A stretch of DNA of 64,000 nt from a virus (lineage: Duplodnaviria; Caudoviricetes): positions 1,531 through 65,530 of IMG/VR virus record IMGVR_UViG_3300050029_000197, one strand, 5' to 3'. The position numbers and the translations under genes were made by a program. The notes beneath the pieces are model-generated. The model saw only the letters and a program-made list of their open reading frames with translations. It did not search any database and was not told where the DNA came from. Below, piece by piece: positions 56,001 to 63,869 of this stretch. How positions within the stretch are numbered: position 1 is the stretch's first letter; each line of letters begins with the position of its first letter.

Positions 56001-56189
56001 TCACTTGCCGGTCGCGGCGTCAGTGCCGGGCAGCGCCGGCAGCGTCGGCAGGTACACCTCGAGCGCCTTCTCGATCAGGAACGCGGGCGCGAGCATCCGG
56101 CTCTCTGCTTCGGCCTTGAGCTGCTCGGCGACCGGCGTCGCGATGGACGCGTGGATCGCCGTCTTTGTGTTCGATGCGGGCTGGACCAT
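56001..56189 (-). CDS. ribbon-helix-helix-like small protein
   Basis: GAGGAG RBS; 'AIHASIATPVAEQLKAEA...FLIEKALEVYL'. Confidence 0.6.
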   Translation of the reverse strand: MVQPASNTKTAIHASIATPVAEQLKAEAESRMLAPAFLIEKALEVYLPTLPALPGTDAATGK

Positions 56190-56191
56190 GG

Positions 56192-56470
56192 TCAGGGCTC
56201 CTCTACTACTTCGGGCAGGTACACCATTTCGCCGGTCGCGCGGTCACGGCCGTTGAGCCGGAACCAGCGGCCGCGATGCTCGATGCGGCGAAACGAGCGC
56301 GGCGCGTTGCGGAACGCGACGACGACCTCGCTGGTGCTTTCGATCAGCACCAGGTGGTCGCGTTGCAGCAACGGCTCCGCGTACATCAGGTGACGCCGAC
56401 TCGGCGCGGGCGCTGGGGCCGCTCTCACCTCGCGGCGTCGTGCCTTCGCTCGCTTGCTCGCGGTCGTCAC
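56192..56470 (-). CDS. hypothetical protein
   Basis: 92 aa coupled ORF. Confidence 0.5.
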   Translation of the reverse strand: MTTASKRAKARRREVRAAPAPAPSRRHLMYAEPLLQRDHLVLIESTSEVVVAFRNAPRSFRRIEHRGRWFRLNGRDRATGEMVYLPEVVEEP

Positions 56471-57501
56471 GACGAGCGCATCGGCATGAACGCGCCGTGC
56501 ATCTCCAGGTCGGGATCGTGGTTCGACACCTTGAACAGCACCGGCCGGTCCGGCCCGCAGAACGTCCAGTCGAGGATCGGATCCTCACCGGTCGGGAGAC
56601 GCAACGACCCGAGCCGCTTCATCACATGCGCGCCGAACGTGCCGCCGTCGATGTCGCCGACGTCGTGTTCGAGGATCCGCTCCCAGGTCGGGAACACGCC
56701 CTCGTCGTACAACGGCAACACCAGCTCGGAGTCCGCAACCTTCAGTGTCAGCTCGCCGGCGTTCGTGAGTGCGCTCGTACCCTTCTTCGACTTCTCGTCG
56801 CTCTCGCCTTCGTCGGCAGCCTCGACGGGCGCCGGCATGCGGAACCCGTAGAGGTCGAGCTGCTCGACGTTCATCAGCACCTCGCGGGCGCCGAGCTCGC
56901 GGTGGGGGCCGACGACGCCGTGCGCTTCGAGCTCGCCCATGATCCGCTGCGCCCGATGGAACGAGATCCGCAGCCGACGTTGCAGCATCGACACCGCACC
57001 CAGGTCGGTCGCGACGACCAACTGTGCGGCGGCGGCGATGAGCGGATCCTCGAGCTCCCCGACCGCCTCCGCGAGCTTCGCCCACTCCGAGATCGGGATC
57101 TCCGGGCCGTCGTTGATCGAGATGGTCATCTCCAACTCGTCGGCGTCGTCCGCGTCCGGATGCCCACACACGAGGTCACAGGGGATTTCCTTCACGCCCT
57201 GCAACAGGGCGCCCATGAGGCGGAGCGAGTCGCGATGCACGAGCGCATGCCACTCCCCCCGCCCGGTCTCATGATCAAGGCGCGCTTCGCGGCCGATGAC
57301 CAACTCCTGCACGAGGAGCAGGTAACTGTCGGTCGAGATGATCTGCAGCCGGTCCTCGTCCGCGATCATCTCCACGCAGCACAACACCGGTCGGAACTCG
57401 TCCGAGCTGGCGATCGTCGACGCGTTCGACAGCGCCGCGTTCAGCGCCTTCGGGTTCGTGATCGTCGACCACGGCGGCGAGACAACGTCAGTCGGCGGCA
57501 T
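56467..57501 (-). CDS. DNA Pol III beta-clamp-like protein with inserted FtsK gamma domain
   Basis: 'ASSDEFRPVLCCV...LQIISTDSYLL', 'GVFPTWERIL', C-terminal 'FMPMR' (DnaN-like); 'DPLIAAAAQLVV...AVSMLQRRLRISFHRAQRIMGELEAHGVVGP...REVL' (FtsK gamma). Confidence 0.8.
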   Translation of the reverse strand: MPPTDVVSPPWSTITNPKALNAALSNASTIASSDEFRPVLCCVEMIADEDRLQIISTDSYLLLVQELVIGREARLDHETGRGEWHALVHRDSLRLMGALLQGVKEIPCDLVCGHPDADDADELEMTISINDGPEIPISEWAKLAEAVGELEDPLIAAAAQLVVATDLGAVSMLQRRLRISFHRAQRIMGELEAHGVVGPHRELGAREVLMNVEQLDLYGFRMPAPVEAADEGESDEKSKKGTSALTNAGELTLKVADSELVLPLYDEGVFPTWERILEHDVGDIDGGTFGAHVMKRLGSLRLPTGEDPILDWTFCGPDRPVLFKVSNHDPDLEMHGAFMPMRSS

Positions 57502-57856
57502 GCTGGTTCACCACTTCCACTCGGTCGGCTCCGATCGTGAGCTGCAACGACGGCTGCGCGTCTCTGCTCACGATCACAACCTTGGGTTCGGTCGTCGTGA
57601 ACCAGGGGAAGGGATGGCCGTCGATCTCGATGCCGAACGCGCGGCCTTTGCGCGTCACCACGATCGTCCGCGCGAGGACGGGCTCCGAGACAAAGACGTG
57701 TCCATCGAGTCGACGCCAGACCTCGATCTCATCGACCACCTCCGCCACGAGTGCCGCGAGAGACCCGGGTTCGGGTTCGCCTGCGTTCTCGCGTGCGGTC
57801 GCCAGCCAGGTCTTGATCGGCGCGAGGTCGATCCCGTCGTTCTTCGGGGTGCTCAC
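57488..57856 (-). CDS. hypothetical protein
   Basis: GTG 7 nt after a class M -10 element. Confidence 0.55.
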   Translation of the reverse strand: MSTPKNDGIDLAPIKTWLATARENAGEPEPGSLAALVAEVVDEIEVWRRLDGHVFVSEPVLARTIVVTRKGRAFGIEIDGHPFPWFTTTEPKVVIVSRDAQPSLQLTIGADRVEVVNQHAAD

Positions 57857-57859
57857 GAG

Positions 57860-57885
57860 GTTCAGTATGCCTGCACCCTGAGACA
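57860..57885 (-). promoter_or_regulatory. class M promoter, identical to 29382-29407
   Basis: TGTCTCAG-N8-CATACT just after the TerL-ATPase stop. Confidence 0.75.
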
Positions 57886-57896
57886 ACATCGTCAGG

Positions 57897-58781
57897 TCAC
57901 GCGGCCTGCAAAAACCATGCTCTCTCGAACATGCGGCCGGCTTCGCTGATCTTCCAGTCGCCCGCGAGCATCCGTGCGAGGTCGATCGGGTCGAGACCTT
58001 GCTCGAGGCCGGCGACGTAGGTGTCGCGGTCGATGCCCGGGTTGTCGGACAAGAACGCGGGGATGAACACCCGATTGGGATTCTCGGTCAGCCGGTCGAG
58101 CCCAATCTGGAAGCGGGCCTTCACCCACGGCACGCCGGGCCCGATCGGGTTCGTCCCCGACCTGGTGCGCAACGGCACGTCGGCGAGCGTGAGCCCGCAG
58201 CTCGGGCATGCCTTGAGTCCCGCCCGGCCCTTCGCTGGGCGGCGGACGCGCGCGAACCCGATGTACTGGTACGGGCGGGCAGTCATCCAGCCGGTCAGCT
58301 CGTCGAACCCGACGTACTGGTAGGCGTGCGACGCGAACTTGAGCCGGTCGGCGTCGCGGTCGGCGTGTCCGAACTTGAGGATCGCGCCCGACGGGAACTC
58401 CCACACGTTCGACCCGAAAATCGAGTGCGCCGCATGCCAGATCGCGTCGGTGCCGGCGAGCCACTCCTCCGACCTGGGGATCAGACCCTCGGCGCCGGTG
58501 AGTTGGGGGGCCGTCTGGCGCATGAGCAGGGCGGCGTAACCGGGCACGCACACGTATTGCAGGGCCGCGTCGAGGAGATAATCCGACTTGCCCGATCCCG
58601 CGCTCCCGCCATAGAGCAGCTCGCGGACACGGTTCGCGTAGCCCGACAGCGCGGCCGACTGCTTCGCCGAGCGCGGGTAGTCGGGCCGGTATTTCGTGCC
58701 GCACGGGTCACGCGGTCTGAACTCGTCGAGCGTCGCGCGCGCCGCGCGCCGCGCCTCGATGGGTAGGACGAGCGCGGTCAT
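57897..58781 (-). CDS. terminase large subunit, N-terminal ATPase domain as a stand-alone gene
   Basis: 'SAKQ' Q motif, Walker A 'YGGSAGSGKS', Walker B 'YVGFDELT', 'GTNP.GPG..WVK.RF', 'FIPAFLSDNP', ends 'LAGDW...MFERAWFLQAA*'. Confidence 0.92.
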   Translation of the reverse strand: MTALVLPIEARRAARATLDEFRPRDPCGTKYRPDYPRSAKQSAALSGYANRVRELLYGGSAGSGKSDYLLDAALQYVCVPGYAALLMRQTAPQLTGAEGLIPRSEEWLAGTDAIWHAAHSIFGSNVWEFPSGAILKFGHADRDADRLKFASHAYQYVGFDELTGWMTARPYQYIGFARVRRPAKGRAGLKACPSCGLTLADVPLRTRSGTNPIGPGVPWVKARFQIGLDRLTENPNRVFIPAFLSDNPGIDRDTYVAGLEQGLDPIDLARMLAGDWKISEAGRMFERAWFLQAA

Positions 58782-59248
58782 GCCGGCTGCAGCGTGCCGA
58801 TCCGGTCGAGGAGCGCGAGCCGGGCGCCAGTCTCGTCCGGACAGCGCATCGCGAGTCGTCCGCCGGCGCCGTAGATCACGAGATCGCAGCTCCCGTCGTC
58901 GTGCGGGTCGAGCATGAACGCGTCGATGCGTTCGCCGTGGCCGGAAGTCGTGTCCAACGCACCGAAGCCTTCCCCGCATCGCGCGCGCCGTCAGGACCGA
59001 CGTCGTCGTCGTGGATGCCGAATCTGGTACAGGATGGCTGCACCGGACAAGGTTGTCAACGGGCAACACGCGTACGGCTGTGGCGCGACGCGCAACATCC
59101 CGAGCACCCGAGGCGGGAGGTAAAGCCTGCCAGGGCGACTCGGGATGTTGCTTCCGTGCGACGCGGCGAGGGACGCTACGCCGCCGGGCGCCAGGATCCT
59201 CGCGGACCGCAGCGCGACGACAACGCTACACGGCGGGTGTGCCCGAGA

Positions 59249-59392
59249 TCACCGAGGTGCGAGCTCGGCCGAGTGGCGGCCATCGGCGCACGGCATCGCG
59301 CCGGTCGCAACGTGCACGCGGGGCGCGCCGGGTCGGATTGTCGGCTGATCGCACCACGCACACCGCTCGTGCGTCTCGACGGTCGCGGTCAT
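59249..59392 (-). CDS. small Cys/His protein
   Basis: 'CAWC...H...C...H'; coupled to the upstream gene. Confidence 0.45.
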   Translation of the reverse strand: MTATVETHERCAWCDQPTIRPGAPRVHVATGAMPCADGRHSAELAPR

Positions 59393-59937
59393 GACGCCCT
59401 CCGGGCCATCTTCGCTGCAGCCGCGTTCAGGAACACGCTCGGGTCGGTGATCTCCCAGGCGTTCGCGTCGCGGTAGCCGGGGAGGTTCGAGATCGCGCGC
59501 TGCTCGAGCGCGCGGCAGAACGCGAACGCCTCGCTCTTGGGCCAGTCCGGCGTCTCGCACGCCTGGTACTCGAAGCACGAGATCGCCTTGAGGACGACAA
59601 CCGGGTCCGGGGTGCCCTGCAGCTCGCGGTAGATGTACGGCTCTTCGATCTCGGTCTCGTCGTAGCGGAAGTCGACCGAGCGCCGGTTCTCGGCCATGAG
59701 CATCGCGCCCACCTGGCCGGCCCTGTCTCGGGTGAGTTCCCGCATCGAGTCCCGGTAGACCTTGGACGCCGCCGGGCCCCACGGTTCGCCCGGCTCGAAG
59801 GCGCGGGCGTAGTCGGGGTGGTCCTCGATGTTGACGGTCCAGCGGATCGGGCCCTCGTGACGATGGGGCATCCCCCACACGACGCCCGCGGTGAGCAGCG
59901 CGTCGATGTGGACCTTGCCGACCTCGAATGCACTCAT
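59389..59937 (-). CDS. hypothetical protein
   Basis: GGAGG RBS; 'MSAF.V...HIDAL...ENRRSV..RY...LKAISCFEYQACE...W..SEA'; first gene after a class E promoter. Confidence 0.7.
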   Translation of the reverse strand: MSAFEVGKVHIDALLTAGVVWGMPHRHEGPIRWTVNIEDHPDYARAFEPGEPWGPAASKVYRDSMRELTRDRAGQVGAMLMAENRRSVDFRYDETEIEEPYIYRELQGTPDPVVVLKAISCFEYQACETPDWPKSEAFAFCRALEQRAISNLPGYRDANAWEITDPSVFLNAAAAKMARRAS

Positions 59938-59970
59938 AGCAACCTCCCTTGCGTATCCCCCGTCCCTCGG

Positions 59971-60011
59971 GGGTATAGGGAGACTATACCACAAGGCTGT
60001 CCGGTTGGCAA
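59971..60011 (-). promoter_or_regulatory. class E sigmaA-like promoter with palindromic operator
   Basis: TTGCCA-N17-TATAGT; GGTATAG-GGAGA-CTATACC. Confidence 0.8.
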
Positions 60012-60458
60012 TCAGGAAGACGGGACCACCTCCGGCTCCGAAGCGCGCACGCCACCGAAGCTGCAGTGCATCTCGCCTTTGTCGAGGATCCCGCCACACT
60101 GGTCGCACACCACTCCCGGCCGTCCGTCACCCGGGCCGCGTTCCTTGTCCCGCTCGAACGCGATCCACGACGCGTCACCGTTCAGCCGGTGGTCGGCCTG
60201 CTCGCCCGTCGCGAGCGCCGAGATCATCGTGCGGCGTTCCTGGAACGTCAGCGTCCGCGACCCGCACAACGAGCAGGCGGGCAGGCCGTCGACGACGATC
60301 ACCCGGCCGTGCATGGAACGGAAATGGCGGATGACGTCATCGACGGCCTCGAGGATCGTCGCTTCCGGGACCGCGGCCCGCCGGCGGCGGGCGAGCTCGG
60401 GCATCACCTGGAGCAGGCTCTCGCGCAGCTTGTCGACTTCGGTATCGGGAATGCTCAT
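60012..60458 (-). CDS. hypothetical protein with Zn-ribbon motifs
   Basis: CSLC...CDQC; GAGG RBS behind a class E variant (60478-60496). Confidence 0.6.
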   Translation of the reverse strand: MSIPDTEVDKLRESLLQVMPELARRRRAAVPEATILEAVDDVIRHFRSMHGRVIVVDGLPACSLCGSRTLTFQERRTMISALATGEQADHRLNGDASWIAFERDKERGPGDGRPGVVCDQCGGILDKGEMHCSFGGVRASEPEVVPSS

Positions 60459-60567
60459 CGGTTACCTCGTCCCTCGGGGTCTAGGCAGACTATACCGCGA
60501 GGGTGTGCCCGGAACGCGAGACGACCGCCCCGAAGGACGGCCGCCTCACTGAGAGCCCTCTTCTTCG

Positions 60568-61041
60568 TCAGACCGTGAGCTGTGCGCCCACCGCGGCGCC
60601 CGGGTTGACCGTCACCGCGACCGGGAGAACTGCCTGCCACGGTGTGCCGTCAACCTCGACGAGCGGGTTGCCCGACGCGTCCGCGAGGCGAACCGCGACG
60701 TTCGCGACGCCTTCACCGACGACGGTGATCGCACCCGAGGTCGGGTCGATCGTGAGTGCGGCTTCGTTGTCGGAGCTGAACGTGGCGACCGCGACGTCAG
60801 GCTTCGGGGCGTTGGTGTCGCCCTTGTCGTCGACGTACGCGAGGTTGGCTTGGGCGTTGACGGTATCGACCGTCAGGGTGGCTGTGCTCATGGGTGGTGC
60901 TTCTCCTACGGTCAGAACGGCCTTGGTGGCCGGCGGGCGGGCTTCTCCGAGCAGAACCGTCAACGGCTTGCCGTCGAAGTGGTGGTGCACGTGCACGTGG
61001 ATCTCGATCGCCGGGCGTTCGGGTCCATCGATGTCGGGCAC
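60568..61041 (-). CDS. Ig-like (Big_2-like) domain protein
   Basis: 'ATFSSDNEAALTIDPTSGAITVVGEGVANVAV'; start uncertain (GTG 61041 behind class M motif 61049-61070, or ATG 60891). Confidence 0.6.
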   Translation of the reverse strand: MPDIDGPERPAIEIHVHVHHHFDGKPLTVLLGEARPPATKAVLTVGEAPPMSTATLTVDTVNAQANLAYVDDKGDTNAPKPDVAVATFSSDNEAALTIDPTSGAITVVGEGVANVAVRLADASGNPLVEVDGTPWQAVLPVAVTVNPGAAVGAQLTV

Positions 61042-61086
61042 GTCTGCGACCATACGCTCGTGCTGAGACAGGATAAGTGAACCCGA

Positions 61087-61407
61087 TCAGACGACTTCGG
61101 CGCACGCTTCGGCCAGGGTGCGCCGAAGTCGCGAGCCGGCCATGTCGCCGAGCCGGTTCACTGCGATCACACCGTCGATCATGTCCGCGACAACATCAGC
61201 GAGGGGCCGGCCGTGCAGTTTCACCGCGACGACCGCTGTGCCGTTCGACTGGCGGCGGATCGTCCGGTTCACGCCCGGTTGGCGTGGTGGGCTACGGAAG
61301 GCGGGCACCTCGAGCTCCGCAGCGCGGATTGCCATGCCGATCCGGCGCGCGAGCTCTGCGAACTGCACCGACGGCACCTCGTTCCCGAGCGGCATCGCCG
61401 CGGTCAT
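61087..61407 (-). CDS. conserved-looking hypothetical protein
   Basis: 'VPAFRSPPR.PGVNRTIRR...VVAV...GRP...V.ADMIDGVIAVN'. Confidence 0.6.
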   Translation of the reverse strand: MTAAMPLGNEVPSVQFAELARRIGMAIRAAELEVPAFRSPPRQPGVNRTIRRQSNGTAVVAVKLHGRPLADVVADMIDGVIAVNRLGDMAGSRLRRTLAEACAEVV

Positions 61408-61519
61408 CGGAACGCCAGCAGGTACACGACACCTGCGCTCAGGACCCACATTGCGAGGCCGATCAGCGTGCCGATGATGCAGCCGCGCGCGGGGGCGAGC
61501 GGGTCGACGTCGTCGCCCA

Positions 61520-62056
61520 TCACTGCCCCCACGTCCAGAGCCCTTGCTTGCCCTTCGCGGGGATCGGCTCGTCGAACTTCACGACCTCATCGAGCAACAG
61601 GGCGAACCGGCCCGGAGCGAAGTCACCGAACGGACGCTCGCGCGTGCAGACCGTCAGGCAGTTGTGATTCTGCGAAAAGCCGTGGGTGCACGCGTCGTCC
61701 ATCGCGCCGCCGAGCCCGTAGTGATTCGACAACGTGGGACAGTCGCTCCACCCGATCTCCGCGGTCGGTACTACGTCGATGAGCTTGCACGTCCCCAGCA
61801 CCGCACCAAGACGGAGGATGTGGATTCGCGACGTGTTGCGCAGATGCAACTCGGGCGTAATGCACGGGCCGAATCGACCCGAGTGCCACTCCCCCAAGTG
61901 CTGCTGCTCGACGTGAGCGTCTGTCTTCGCCGCGTGGATTGCGATGGTCTGGCCGATCGCACTCCGCCACGGATGCTCCCGCCCGCGCGTCTCGATCGTC
62001 TTCACGCCCTCCACGATCAGAGATGCCCACGGTTGCCAGAGCGTGATCGTCTTCAT
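61520..62056 (-). CDS. ASCH domain protein
   Basis: 'MKTITLWQPWASLIVEGVKTIETR...IAIHAAK...PIPAKGKQGLW'. Confidence 0.9.
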   Translation of the reverse strand: MKTITLWQPWASLIVEGVKTIETRGREHPWRSAIGQTIAIHAAKTDAHVEQQHLGEWHSGRFGPCITPELHLRNTSRIHILRLGAVLGTCKLIDVVPTAEIGWSDCPTLSNHYGLGGAMDDACTHGFSQNHNCLTVCTRERPFGDFAPGRFALLLDEVVKFDEPIPAKGKQGLWTWGQ

Positions 62057-62862
62057 AGCTGAACCGGTACGGCATGGAGCGCGTCGAGGTACATGCCGTG
62101 ACCCGACGCGGTTGCCCACTCGCTGGCGCTCTCCACGCTGGTCCCCTCGCCCCACTCGTTGAATGTCGTGATGAGCTGCCACGGCGTCCCGTTGACCATC
62201 ATCGACACCAGCCATCGCCAGGTCGGCTCGTCCGCTCGGGCGAGCAGCGGCGCATCCCCCTTCTTCCAGAACCCCGGACTGATCGCCGTGGCGAAGTTGG
62301 CCTGATAGTCGAGGTAGCGGGACGGGTCGTACTGGTGCCACGAATCGGGTTGCGGTTGGGTGTTCTGATAGCCCGGATACACGCGCAGCGAGATATAGAA
62401 CCGGTGGTCCGCGTTCGCCTGCGCCCACCGGGCGACCATCGGCGCGGCGTCGTTCGGCCCGGCGCTCGAATAGACGAACAGGACCGGCCGGCCGTTCACG
62501 CGGAGATACGACGGCGACTGCGCGTAGCGCGTCCAGATGTAGTCGAGGTCCGTCTTGATCTGCGCCGGGTCCGGGTCGGCTCCCGCTTCGGCCTCGTAGT
62601 AGAGGCACCACTTGAACGCCGTGCCCGCCGCCGCTTGCAACAGCGTCGGGATACGGCCGTCCGTCTTCGACCCTCGCCCCCACCACGACGCAATCCCCGC
62701 CGAGATGTGGCCGTACAGCATCTCGGCGATGTGCGCCTTCACGACGTCGAGCGTCGTCGAGTAATGCCCGCGCGTCGGGTGGTAGTTCGTGAACGGAGCT
62801 GCCGGATCCGAGCCCCACTGCTCGGGGAACCACGGGTAGTAGAACGCTGCACGGATCGTCAC
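62053..62862 (-). CDS. glycoside hydrolase family 99/71-like protein
   Basis: 'AFYYPWF...YHPTRGHYS...IASWWG...LYYE...NGRPVLFVY...ISPGF...ITTFNEWGEGTSVE'. Confidence 0.8.
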   Translation of the reverse strand: MTIRAAFYYPWFPEQWGSDPAAPFTNYHPTRGHYSTTLDVVKAHIAEMLYGHISAGIASWWGRGSKTDGRIPTLLQAAAGTAFKWCLYYEAEAGADPDPAQIKTDLDYIWTRYAQSPSYLRVNGRPVLFVYSSAGPNDAAPMVARWAQANADHRFYISLRVYPGYQNTQPQPDSWHQYDPSRYLDYQANFATAISPGFWKKGDAPLLARADEPTWRWLVSMMVNGTPWQLITTFNEWGEGTSVESASEWATASGHGMYLDALHAVPVQL

Positions 62863-63164
62863 GTCGCCTCCTCGTTCACGATGAGCCGGTATTCGTACAG
62901 CCCGCAGTTCGCGGGCCCACGATGGCGCTTGTCGACCGTGTGCGCTCCGAATCGTTCTTTGCGGAGATGTCGAAGCTGCGCCGACACTGAGGCGGCGGGC
63001 GCGTGCGCGGCGTGGGCGATCTCGTCGAGTGTCCGCCAGCCGCCGTCGACCATGACGTCGAAGACGCGCGCGAGCTGGCCGCGGAGACGGAAGTCGTCAT
63101 GGGTCGGGCTGTATTCGGCGCCCGCGAAGTCCGGGAACGGAACCGCACTCATCGGCGCGGTCAT
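62859..63164 (-). CDS. wHTH DNA-binding protein
   Basis: 'VFDVMVDGGWRTLDEIA...ASVSAQLRHLRK.RFG.H.V...GLYEYRL'. Confidence 0.7.
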   Translation of the reverse strand: MTAPMSAVPFPDFAGAEYSPTHDDFRLRGQLARVFDVMVDGGWRTLDEIAHAAHAPAASVSAQLRHLRKERFGAHTVDKRHRGPANCGLYEYRLIVNEEAT

Positions 63165-63427
63165 GGTTCGTACCGGCGCGCGTCGTCACGAGCTCGAGCG
63201 TTCGCGTCCTCAAGTGGCGCGCCCATCAGTATCGGTTTCCAGGTGACCGCGTCCGATGGGCCCGACACCGGGTATGCGGCGCTCACGCGCCAGGGCGTGC
63301 AGCTCGGACGATCGCGCATGAACTCGGCGAGCACGCCGCGCACGTCGTCAGCCCGGTACTCGGTCGCGTCGGGTTGACCCCGGAGGCGCCGCGGGTCGTG
63401 GTACTGGATCCGGTAGCGCGGCATCAC
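63161..63427 (-). CDS. hypothetical protein
   Basis: 88 aa coupled ORF. Confidence 0.5.
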   Translation of the reverse strand: MMPRYRIQYHDPRRLRGQPDATEYRADDVRGVLAEFMRDRPSCTPWRVSAAYPVSGPSDAVTWKPILMGAPLEDANARARDDARRYEP

Positions 63428-63711
63428 GCGACCTCGTCCCAGTCGAGACCGTCGACAATCTCGTCATCGACCCAGGACGGCCAAACCGCGTAGGGCATCA
63501 GCCCGCACGCGACGGCCCACCGGTCCGCTTCCCAGAATGTGAGGCCGTCACGCTGCCGACGTTTCTGCACCATCGTGCGGCCGACGCCGACGATCAGGGC
63601 GAGTTGGCCGTCGGTGTCGAGACCGGCGGCGTCCATGAGCGTGTCGATCGAATAGGGGCGCTCGGGCCGGTCGCCGCGGACGCCCGGGTCGAGCATCGCG
63701 AGTTGCGTCAC
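63424..63711 (-). CDS. HTH DNA-binding protein (Cro/Ner-like), similar to 10751..11035
   Basis: GGAGG RBS; 'QLALIVGVGRTMVQK...EADRWAVACGLMPYAVWP'. Confidence 0.7.
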   Translation of the reverse strand: MTQLAMLDPGVRGDRPERPYSIDTLMDAAGLDTDGQLALIVGVGRTMVQKRRQRDGLTFWEADRWAVACGLMPYAVWPSWVDDEIVDGLDWDEVA

Positions 63712-63813
63712 TGCTGCTACCTCCCTTTTCGGTGAGGTAGCACGGCGGTCATACCTGGGCTGCGTGGGGCAGGCACTTCCGGGGTTCCAACTCTTGACCG
63801 TGCTACCTCCCAT

Positions 63814-63869
63814 CCCAAGTCCCTCTTGGGTATAGGATAACTATACCACGCAGTCATCGGGATGGCAAA
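63814..63869 (-). promoter_or_regulatory. class E sigmaA-like promoter with palindromic operator
   Basis: TTGCCA-N17-TATAGT; GGTATAG-GATAA-CTATACC; 38 bp identical to 8162-8199. Confidence 0.8.

Noticed and set aside
50894-57897. Group I/II intron or split intein rejoining the terminase halves
   Set aside because: No intein termini (C/S start, HN end), no maturase, and no recognisable intron core; each half has its own start and stop. Splicing is not excluded without RNA data
58778-59250. Possible small terminase gene upstream of the TerL ATPase
   Set aside because: Only a ~60-codon ORF without TerS-like features and a possible TTGACA-N17-CATCCT promoter are visible; not enough to call
8162-63851. 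38-bp identical repeat as possible att sites or terminal repeat
   Set aside because: It coincides with a promoter/operator that has several further degenerate copies, and no integrase is recognisable in the window
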